A stretch of 64,000 nt of DNA, taken from NCBI RefSeq assembly GCF_006345805.1, contig NC_042998.1, positions 57,102,001 to 57,166,000 of the forward strand. Direction: 5' to 3'. The notes beneath the pieces are model-generated. The model worked only from the letters and a program-made list of their open reading frames with translations. It ran no database searches and was not told the origin of the DNA. The stretch comes from Octopus sinensis (lineage: Eukaryota). Below are positions 51,761 to 62,442 of the stretch, one piece after another. The number at the start of each line of letters is the position of its first letter. Position 1 is the first letter of the stretch. Position numbers and translations under genes: made by a program.

Positions 51761-53428
51761 TCACCACTTCGTTTGACGTCGGTTGTGTTTTTTTCGGCTC
51801 CTGAAAATTCGGTAAAAAAGAACAAAAAGCGTGGTTGTTGTTGTGGAAACTCTGAACGGCGTTGACGCGGTTTCGCGTTTCGCTCGTTCAGCGCGTTAAA
51901 CTTTTTCGGTTCGGGAGGCCGTTTTTCGGTCTGAGGCGATTATGAGCCGCCTCCATCAAACGGAGGAGATGGAAGGGAGAAATTTCTCTGAAATTTCGAC
52001 GGAAGTATCGACATCTGAGGAGGAGTTGGCGGTGAAAAAGATGGAAGGCACCTACGCAGGTGTAACGAAGAAGTCAATGGAAAGAGAGATAGACCTGGCT
52101 AAGTTGACGGGCCTCCAGGAGTTTGTGAAGGAGGACGAGAACGGAGAGGTCGAGCTGCTGCCTCCAGTAGGGCGCGGAGACTGGTTCCATCGTAGAACCA
52201 TTAAATATAAAGTATTTATGAATGGAGGTAGAAAGATGGAAGTAATTAACATGGAAGCAATTGAAGAGGCTCTCAAGCAGACAGGAGAGGAAGTGGTGTA
52301 CATGACAAAAGGATTACAATACGGAACCATAACGGTGCAATTTAAAAGTGAAAAAGCAGCCAGGAATGTAGCAGCCAAGGTGGTGAGTACAGAAAAGTTT
52401 TACTTGTTACCCTCGTATCTGAATAGGCGGACAACCAGAATTAGGGTGGAAGGAATACCTCCACACCTAGAGGGCGAATTAATAACGGCTGCGGTTATAA
52501 AAGGAATGAAGATAAAGTGGACATCCTCCACGCCATTATGAAGTATGAAGGCGTGAGAGGTGCCACACTAGTTATGAACATTCAAACGGAGGCGGATGTT
52601 ATAGAGAGGATTACGGACAGCATAAAAACTGGAAATATTATTATGAGAGTGTGGGTGGAGGGTAGGGCGCCCAGGTGCTACAAGTGTGGCCAAAGGGGTC
52701 ACATAAGAGCCTACTGCCCTCCCCCACCAAAGGAAAAAGAAAAGGAAAGCGTTGAGGAAGCCTCAGGAGAGGAAGAAAATAAACAGAAACAAACAGAGAA
52801 GGAAACGACAGAAGAGAGGAGATGCAACAAGAGTGGAAAGAAGGGGGAACAAAGAGAAAAAGAAAGAAAAAGAAAAACTGTGCGAAGCCCCAACCCACCC
52901 CGACACCACCCATACCCTTGGAGTCCCATCCTTCCCCTGCAAACAGTGATTCCACCCACTCCCCGCCTACAAGAAAATCAAAAACAGACACACAGAGCAA
53001 AGAAAGTCCCAAGACCCATTTTTTATGTGTTATACATGGGAAAGACATACAAAACGTTAAAAAACAGGTGTTAACCAAGTGGTACGAACACGAAGATTGT
53101 AGCTACACGGCTGTGGATAGTGATGATACGGGTATATTGGCGAGAAGGTTTGAGGAAGAGGGTGTGTGTTGGAGGTCAGTGGAAATGAAAGATGAATGGA
53201 TAGAGATGGCTAAAAGAAAAACGAATGTTGTGATAGGAAGAAAGGAATGCTAATTGGAAATGGGTGAAGAAGGACAGATAAGTGATGCTGGCGGATGGGG
53301 CCGTCGGTATCACTCTCATATATCATTTTCATATTCCATTTTGCTCATATATATGTAATTGTGATGTTCTATGTCCCCAATGTTTGTAATGTCCCCTCTA
53401 TGTAGCCCCTAGTGGGTAATAAAGAAAT
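51761..53428 (+). mobile_element. Array unit 6: ORF1-only type B1 (ORF ~51942-53267) with a more A-like 5'UTR
   Basis: 5'UTR carries the type-A segment gttgacgcggtttcgcgtttcgctcgttcagcgcgttaaac. Confidence 0.92.
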
Positions 53429-53436
53429 CAGAAACG

Positions 53437-55102
53437 TCACCACTTCGTTTGACGTCGGTCGTGTTTTTTTCGGCTCCTGAAAATTCGGTAAAAAAGAACA
53501 AAAAGTGAATGGTTGTTGTTGTGAAATTTTGAACGTAGTTGATGCGGTTTCGCGTTTCACTGGTTCTGCGCGTTGCACTTTTTCGGTTCGGGAGGCCGTT
53601 TTTCGGTCTGAGGCGATTATGAGCCGCCTCCATCAAACGGAGGAGATGGAAGGGAGAAATTTCTCTGAAATTTCGACGGAAGTATCGACATCTGAGGAGG
53701 AGTTGGCGGTGAAAAAGATGGAAGGCACCTACGCAGGTGTAACGAAGAAGTCAATGGAAAGAGAGATAGACCTGGCTAAGTTGACGGGCCTCCAGGAGTT
53801 TGTGAAGGAGGACGAGAACGGAGAGGTCGAGTTGCTGCCTCCAGTAGGGCGCGGAGACTGGTTCCATCGTAGAACCATTAAATATAAAGTATTTATGAAT
53901 GGAGGTAGAAAGATGGAAGTAATTAACATGGAAGCAATTGAAGAGGCTCTCAAGCAGACAGGAGAGGAAATTGTGTACATGACAAAAGGATTACAATACG
54001 GAACCATAACGGTGCAATTTAAAAGTGAAAAAGTAGCCAGGAATGTAGCAGCCAAGGTGGTGAGTACAGAAAAGTTTTACTTGTTACCCTCGTATCTGAA
54101 TAGGCGGACAACCAGAATTAGGGTGGAAGGAATACCTCCACACCTAGAGGGCGAATTAATAACGGCTGCGGTTATAAAAGGAAATGAAGATAAAGTGGAC
54201 ATCCTCCACGCCATTATGAAGTATGAAGGCGTGAGAGGTGCCACACTAGTTATGAACATTCAAACGGAGGCGGATGTTATAGAGAGGATTACGGACAGCA
54301 TAAAAACTGGAAATATTATTATGAGAGTGTGGGTGGAGGGTAGGGCGCCCAGGTGCTACAAGTGTGGCCAAAGGGGTCACATAAGAGCCTACTGCCCTCC
54401 CCCACCAAAGGAAAAAGAAAAGGAAAGCGTTGAGGAAGCCTCAGGAGAGGAAGAAAAAAACAGAAACAAACAGAGAAGGAAACGACAGAAGAAGAGGAGA
54501 TGCAACAAGAGTGGAAAGAAGGGGGAACAAAGAGAAAAAGAAAGAAAAAGAAAAACTGTGCGAAGCCCCAACCCACCCCGACACCACCCATACCCTTGGA
54601 GTCCCATCCTTCCCCTGCAAACAGTGATTCCACCCACTCCCCCCCTACAAGAAAATCAAAAACAGACACACAGAGCAAGAAAGTCCCAAGACCCATTTTT
54701 TATGTGTTATACATGGGAAAGACATACAAAACGTTAAAAAACAGGTGTTAACCAAGTGGTACGAACACGAAGATTGTAGCTACACGGCTGTGGATAGTGA
54801 TGATACGGGTATATTGGTGAGAAGGTTTGAGGAAGAGGGTGTGTGTTGGAAGTCAGGGAAATGAAGATGAATGGATAGAGATGGCTAAAAGAAAACGAAT
54901 GTTGTGATAGGAAAAAAGGAATACTAATTGGAAATGGGTGAAGAAGGACAGATAAGTGATGCTGGCGGATGGGGCCGTCGGTATCACTCTCATATATCAT
55001 TTTCATAATCCATTTTGCTCATATATATGTAATTGTGATGTTCTATGTCCCCAATGTTTGTAATGTCCCCTCTATGTAGCCCCTAGTGGGTAATAAAGAA
55101 AT
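53437..55102 (+). mobile_element. Array unit 7: ORF1-only type B2 (ORF ~53619-54941)
   Basis: Near-identical to unit 4. Confidence 0.92.
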
Positions 55103-55110
55103 CAGAAACG

Positions 55111-56777
55111 TCACCACTTCGTTTGACGTCGTTGTGTGTTTTTTTCGGCTCCTGAAAATTCGGTAAAAAAGAACAAAAAGTGAATGGTTGTTGTTGTGAA
55201 ATTTTGAACGTAGTTGATGCGGTTTCGCGTTTCACTGGTTCTGCGCGTTGCACTTTTTCGGTTCGGGAGGCCGTTTTTCGGTCTGAGGCGATTATGAGCC
55301 GCCTCCATCAACGGAGGAGATGGAAGGGAGAAATTTCTCTGAAATTTCGACGGAAGTATCGACATCTGAGGAGGAGTTGGCGGTGAAAAAGATGGAAGGC
55401 ACCTACGCAGGTGTAACGAAGAAGTCAATGGAAAGAGAGATAGACCTGGCTAAGTTGACGGGCCTCCAGAGAGTTTGTGAAGGAGGACGAGAACGGAGAG
55501 GTCGAGCTGCTGCCTCCAGTAGGGCGCGGAGACTGGTTCCATCGTAGAACCATTAAATATAAAGTATTTATGAATGGAGGTAGAAAGATGGAAGTAATTA
55601 ACATGGAAGCAATTGAAGAGGCTCTCAAGCAGACAGGAGAGGAATTGTGTACATGACAAAAGGATTACAATACGGAACCATAACGGTGCAATTTAAAAGT
55701 GAAAAAGCAGCCAGGAATGTAGCAGCCAAGGTGGTGAGTACAGAAAAGTTTTACTTGTTACCCTCGTATCTGAATAGGCGGAAACCAGAATTAGGTGGAA
55801 GGAATACCTCCACACCTAGAGGGCGAATTAATAACGGCTGCGGTTATAAAAGGAAATGAAGATAAAGTGGACATCCTCCACGCCATTATGAAGTATGAAG
55901 GCGTGAGAGGTGCCACACTAGTTATGAACATTCAAACGGAGGCGGATGTTATAGAGAGGATTACGGACAGCATAAAAACTGGAAATATTATTATGAGAGT
56001 GTGGGTGGAGGGTAGGGCGCCCAGGTGCTACAAGTGTGGCCAAAGGGGTCACATAAGAGCCTACTGCCCTCCCCCACCAAAGGAAAAAGAAAAGGAAAGC
56101 GTTGAGGAAGCCTCAGGAGAGGAAGAAAATAAACAGAAACAAACAGAAGAAAACGACAGAAGAAGAGGAGATGCAACAAGAGTGGAAAGAAGGGGGAACA
56201 AAGAGAAAAAGAAAGAAAAAGAAAAACTGTGCGAAGCCCCAACCCACCCCGACACCACCCATACCCTTGGAGTCCCATCCTTCCCCTGCAAACAGTGATT
56301 CCACCCACTCCCCGCCTACAAGAAAATCAAAAACACACACACAGAGCAAAGAAAGTCCCAAGCCCCATTTTTTATGTGTTATACATGGGAAAGACATACA
56401 AAACGTTAAAAAACAGGTGTTAACCAAGTGGTACGAACACGAAGATTGTAGCTACACGGCTGTGGATAGTGATGATACGGGTATATTGGCGAGAAGGTTT
56501 GAGGAAGGGTGGTGTGTTGGAGGTCAGTGGAAATGAAAGATGAATGGATAGAGATGGCTAAAAGAAAAACGAATGTTGTGATAGGAAAACAAGGAATACT
56601 AATTGGAAATGGGTGAAGAAGGACAGATAAGTGATGCTGGCGGATGGGGCCGTCGGTATCACTCTCATATATCATTTTCATATTCCATTTTGCTCATATA
56701 TATGTAATTGTGATGTTCTATGTCCCCAATGTTTGTAATGTCCCCTCTATGTAGCCCCTAGTGGGTAATAAAGAAAT
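55111..56777 (+). mobile_element. Array unit 8: ORF1-only type B2 (ORF ~55294-56616)
   Basis: Near-identical to unit 7. Confidence 0.92.
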
Positions 56778-56785
56778 CAGAAACG

Positions 56786-58506
56786 TCACCACTTCGTTTG
56801 ACGTCGGTCGTGTTTTTTTTACGCTCTGTAAAATTCGGTAAAAAAGAAAAAAGAACAAAAACTGAATTATTTTTGTTGCGGAATTTTGAACGTCGTTGAT
56901 GCGGTTTCGCGTATCGCTGGTTCTACGCGTTACACTGCTTCTGTTCGGGCGGCCGTTTTCGGCCTGTCAGACAGAGGGAAATGGACGACCACTCCCTAGT
57001 GGAGGAGTCGGAGGAGGAATGGATATTTGAGAACTTGTCGGAGACATCGACCTCTGAAGACGAGCAAATCGGTGATGTAAATAATGTGGAGATAAAAACA
57101 GGAAAACGTACGCAGGAGTTGCAAAAAGAAGACGGCACAGGAAAAGGAAATAAACCTAGAAAAATTGCCAGGTTTCCAGAGGTATATGAGGAAGGACAGC
57201 GGTGAGGTCGAACTGGCACCACCACCAAAGAGAAAGGAATGGTACGAGAAAAGGACCATCATATACAGGGTGTTCGCAAGCGAAAAGAAAAAGATAGAAG
57301 TGGTGAATATGGAATGGATAAATGAGGCGCTAAGAAGAACGGTAGAGGAAATCGAATTTCTTTCGAGAGGTTCAAAATATGGTACTGTAGTAGTACAGTT
57401 CAAAAGTGAGAAGGCAGCAAGGAAGATGGCGGCGAAGGCAGTGAAATCCGAGAAGGTAATACTTTTGCCTACGTATCTAAATAGAAAAATTACTAGAGTA
57501 AGGGTCGAGGGAGTGCCCCCAAACGTTGAGGCTGAGTGGATAGTGGCGGGTGTGATTAGCGGCCACGAGGCGGAAGTGGACATCCTCCATGCCTCGGTTA
57601 AGACCGAGGGCTGGAGAGGCGTGACAGTGGAACTGAATGTGCAGGCAGAGAACGAGGTACTGGTGGACCTAACAGAAAACATCAGATTGGGAGACGTGAT
57701 TATGAGAGTGTGGGTGGAGGGCAGGGCGCCCAGGTGCTATAAGTGTGACCTGAGGGGTCACATAAGAGCTTCTGCCCTCCCCCACCAAGAGAAAAGGAAA
57801 TTGTTCCGGAACCCCCAAGGGAGGAAGAAAATAAAGAAGAGATCCAGACAGAGAAGGAAACGACAGAAGAAGAGGAGATCCAGCAAGAGTGGGAAGAAGG
57901 AAGGAAAAAAAGAAAGAGAAGAAGGAGAAAGGCGAACAACACGGTAAACCAATCCATCCCAACACCACCCACACCCTCTGAGTCCCACCCTATCCCTGCA
58001 GAGAGTGAACCCACCCGCTCCCCTCCAACAAGAAAACAAAAACGTAATACACACAGACAAGAGACTGAAACCGAATCCGGGCGCTTTGTTCTGTGTAGGT
58101 TAAAAAAAGAAAGAGAGGACATAAAAGACATATTAGAGGGTTATCCAGGGTATGAAAAGGGGGACTGGAAATATGCAATGGTGAAGAGGGAAGAAATGGA
58201 TGAACTGTTAGTGTGTTGCGAAAATAGAAATGTGAAGTGGAGAGTGGGTAGTTGGGGATAAGATAAAGAATGAGTTTAAAAAAAGATATGCGATGGACTT
58301 GGAGAATATGTTTATTGAAATTGGGGAGAACAATGGATGATAGGGTACGAAGGACAGGTAAGTGATGCTAGCGGATGGGGCCGTTAGCATTACTTTCATA
58401 ATATCATTTTCAAAATTCAATTTTCATTCTTTGTAATTGTGATGTTCTATGTCCCCAATGTTTGTAGTGTCCCCTCTGTGTAGCCCCTCGTGGGTAATAA
58501 AGAAAT
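56786..58506 (+). mobile_element. Array unit 9: ORF1-only type C (ORF ~56981-58340)
   Basis: MDDHSLVEES..; core similar to type A; RCYKCDLRGHIRA..; distinct C-terminal domain ending GENNG*. Confidence 0.92.
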
Positions 58507-58514
58507 CAGAAACG

Positions 58515-60533
58515 TCAGCACGCCGTCAGAGGCGGACGTTGATTTTTGTTCGGAAGGATGGAAAAAAGTGAAAAATTGTGAAAAAGACGTAACGGGATCA
58601 AATCGCGCGAGGAGTGCCGTTGCTTTATAGAAGGAACGTTCGTCGTTACTTTTTATAGAAGAAGCGTCGACCCCCAGTCAGGGAGACTTACGCGGGGGTC
58701 GCTACAAAGACGAGTGATTCGTCACTTACTGTAAGAGAAGTATTCTTTGAGAAGGAAAAACTTAAAGAATATGAGAAACTTTTTAAAAGGGAGGGTGACA
58801 GCGTGATGCTAATCCCCCCCCCCCACGAAAACAAAAGAGGACAAGGAAAACAAGACAGTGACCTACAGAACCCAAGATAGGAGTACAAGGAAGCTAGAAA
58901 GAATAGCTATAGACGAAATTGAGAAATGTCTGGGAGACATAATGGAGAAAATTACTTTTGTGAGCAGAGGCAAGAAATTTGGTACGGTGGAGGTGAGGTG
59001 TACAACTGAGGAAGTTGCAACCTCGCTGGCTACCACCGTACTAAGAACCGAAAAATTCACGATGTGGCCTTCATATAAGGGAAGAAGAGGGGTTCGAGTC
59101 AGAATCCCAAATGTACCCCCTGAAATAAAGACAGAATGGCTGGCAGCAGCCATTCTAGGGTCAGCAGAAGAAGAAGTAGAAATTGGATCAATTAAGGAAT
59201 CAAACGTAGTAAACTGGAAAGGATACGGGGTAGATTTATGGCTGATGGCCACAACAGATGATATTGAAAGGTTTCCCTTCAGAATTGAGATTGAAAACGA
59301 AAAGACCCTTAGCGTAATCGTCGAGGGGAGAAAACCTAACTGTTACTTGAGCGGAACTAGGGGCCATATAAGAAAAGAATGTCCTCTATATGGGTTTACA
59401 GTGGAGAAAGAAATGGAACGAAATGAGACAACAGAAGAGGAAAAGAGAGAGAAGGAAAAAGAACAGGAAGATGGAAAGAATAGTGCACTCAAGGAAAAAG
59501 AAACAACAGGTAAACGACAAGAGAAAGGAAAAGGCAGTACACTGAAGGAAAACGAAAAAGAATCAACAGGAAAGGAACGAAAAACACAAGGTAGAGAAAC
59601 AATCGAAAACGAACCAAAGAAAGAACAGAGACAAGAGAAAGAAAAAGGTAGTACACAGAAGGAAAAAGAAACAACAGAAAAGACACAAGTTAGAGAGACA
59701 ACAGACAGAGAACTAAAAAGACAAGAGAAAGAAAAGAAGGAAAGCAAGAAGAGAGAAAGAGAGAAATCAAGAGAGGAGAATAAAGAAGAAATAAGTCTGA
59801 AAAGGAAGACAAAAGAAAACACAGGTTCGAATAGTCAACGCAGATTTTATGGAATGTTAGCGCAATTCAGGAGCTGCCCTGAAATGAAAGAATTAATAAA
59901 CAGAACAAAAGGACATACATGAGTTAAAATGGATACCGAGTGGAGTGTTCTAATTCACGAGGACAGTGTCAATGAGTTCATTGAGGCCGCCGGAGAGAAC
60001 GTGTTAGAACACGCGTTTTGCCGATTGGCAAGGCAGCCACGTTCAATAGAGCGTTACGATGATATTGTGCAAGATTTGGAATTTTTCTAAAATTGTGTTA
60101 AAGGAAAACCCTATTAGCAATTCTGTGAAAAGGTATTTCGAATTTCTGTAAAAATGTATTGTGAAATTCTGTAAAATGTTTGTTGAAATTTTGTGAAATG
60201 TATTTTTGAAATTATGTGAAATGTATTTGGAAAATGTATTTTGAAATATTGAGAAAATTACTTTGAAATTCTGTAAAATATTTGTTGAAATTTTGTGAAA
60301 TGTATTTTGAAAATGTATTCGGTAAAATTGTGAAATTCTGTGGAAAAAAACTGACGAAAATATAACCACTCGATTTCAGGGATGGAGTGGGCATTACACC
60401 TCATTGTAAATATCTTTTCATAACTCATTATTATCTTTATTTTCTTCGTCTTTTTTCATTCGCTTTTATTATTTTAAGTTCCCCGGTTGTTCTGTCCCCC
60501 TCTATGTTGGCCCCTTGTGGGTAATAAAGAAAT
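58515..60533 (+). mobile_element. Array unit 10: ORF1-only type D (broken ORF ~58680-60090)
   Basis: TYAGV, K.YEKLFKREG, VRIPNVPPEI..EWL, VIVEGRKPNCYLSGTRGHIRKECP; long K/E-rich linker; same 3' terminal motif. Confidence 0.88.
60110..60350. repeat. Degenerate minisatellite (ttgtgaaattctgtaaaatgtatt-like) in the 3'UTR of unit 10
   Basis: Direct reading of repeated gaaattctgt/gaaatgtatttt motifs. Confidence 0.75.
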
Positions 60534-60735
60534 CAGAAACGTTAGCACGCCGGGCGAAATGCTTAGCCGTATTTCGTCTGTCGTTACGTTGTGGGTTCAC
60601 ATTTCACCGAGGTCAACTTTGCCTTTCATCCTTTTCGGAGTCGATAAATTAAGTACCAGTTGCGTATTGGTGTCGATTTAATCGACTGGCCCCCCTTCCC
60701 CAACATTTCGGACCTTGTGCCCAGAGCAGTAAAGA
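60534..60735 (+). mobile_element. Remainder of the split tRNA-derived SINE (TSD cagaaacg 60534-60541, then ttagcacgccgggcgaaatgctt...)
   Basis: Decayed B-box region (gggttcacatttcaccgaggtc); aligns with the SINE copies at 27243-27714 and 63505-63578. Confidence 0.9.
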
Positions 60736-62014
60736 ATATATTTAACCTCTTATAGTTTTCAGTTTTGGAGTTGTAATTGTCTTTTAACAACAATTTCTGG
60801 CGCTGTTGGGTGTGATGCTCATTCTTTTTGATTTTGTTATTCTTTTCTATGCTATTATTATTGCTCTTGCTGCCGTATACGCTGTCTTTTTGTCGGCATC
60901 GCCTTCGCCGCAGTGGATGTAGTTCTATTCCCTCTTCTATTTGTTTTACAGTCACTGATGTTGTTTTGTTTAATATATTGCTTTCATTGTTACTCAATCC
61001 AATAGTGAAAGATAATTTCTCTCATTATAGACTAATCTTCCTCCATCATCTTCTACCTCTGCTGCAAGTATGTAAACATACTGTTTATAGCTTCTTTAAA
61101 TCTCGAATTAATTAAAATATCTTCTCTGTGTATTGAAGATATTCTCATGAAACGTGCCTTTTTGTTACTGGAAAATCTACCAGCTAACAAAGCAATGGCA
61201 AATTGCATTCACAATAGAAATAAACAATTTTCTCAAGATTCTTCAGTCTTACAGTATCAATAAGCCTAATGTGAGTATATCTATATATGTAACCAAAAGT
61301 CTGCCAACCGTTTCTTCTCACCACCTCTTACACGCTCCTGAAATAACTCATATCTCATTATGTGTATGTATTTGTTTACATGTGTGTGAGTATGTGTGAA
61401 AGAGAGAGATAGATAGAGATAGATAGATAGATAGATAGAGAGAGAGATCGATAGAGAGAGAGATCGATAGAGAGAGACGTAATTCAAATTAATTGGGAAT
61501 TCGTGGTTTAATTTCAGCAAGCGACTCGGTTCACTTTTTCCCTTTTACGCTGTAGATATTATGAATGGACTTAAAATCTTTACCATATATATATATATAT
61601 ATCACATATATCCTGGTACCATTTCAGTCAGTATGGAAGTTTCTGGTGTGAAACTGGTCTGAGGATGTCTTCTTCGTTGGAGGTCAAAATGCCATAAAAA
61701 ATATCAACGATGTATGTGTTGTACAAATGACGTTAAACGATCGCAATTAATCCCGCACTATATTTACTTCTGCTTAATATGATGGCAAGGAGTGGCTGGT
61801 TACATTGGTGTAATAGTTTCCGCCATCGACTGGCATTTTTCATCTTATGCCGTAATCGTGAAAGCACATGACGTTTAAACGTTTATATCAGGCACAAATT
61901 AATACGAAGACACATATTATTACGTGTGCGCGTGTGTACGCATGCCTGACTGAGTCCTTAAGAAGTTACTGTTTCAGCCACGAGGTCTTGGGTCAGATCT
62001 CATTGTTGATTACA

Positions 62015-62245
62015 GATAAGTTCACTGCCACCAATTCATCGCAGGGAAATATCACTGCCATCAATTCACCGTGAGAAAAGTTTACCAAGAAAATACATCC
62101 ATAGTATCTCACCATTGATATTTAAACAACTATTTTACTAAAAGAAAAAGGAAACAGAACAAAACAAAGCAAAAAAACAAAAACAAACGGTGTATTGATG
62201 ACGGCGAATTTTTACTGTGGTGAGTTGATGACGGTGAACTTACCG
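62015..62245. mobile_element. MITE-like element with ~27-bp imperfect terminal inverted repeats
   Basis: aagttcactgccaccaattcatcgcag vs reverse complement of ctgtggtgagttgatgacggtgaactt; internal subterminal copies. Confidence 0.55.
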
Positions 62246-62404
62246 GATATGCTTCCTGCTTTTTATCTGAAGCAAATATCTATCACTACAGCCTCTCGTA
62301 AACCCAAGCCTTACGAAGGACATTGGCAAGTTTGTGGTTCTTCTTAAATTTGACCAAATTCTACATGTATTCATTCATTTAACTCTTCATGAATGATGGG
62401 TAGA

Positions 62405-62442
<38 letters not shown>

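Noticed and set aside
45212-59822. Numerous antisense ORFs (F/S/L-rich) recurring across the array
   Set aside because: They are shadows of the purine-rich sense ORF1 and recur only because the units are duplicated.
39559-60533. Reading the array as an LTR retrotransposon/endogenous retrovirus, or as a CRISPR-like repeat-spacer array
   Set aside because: No LTRs, PBS, protease or integrase; ORF2 is APE-RT of L1 type; the units are kb-scale coding elements, not short repeats with unique spacers.
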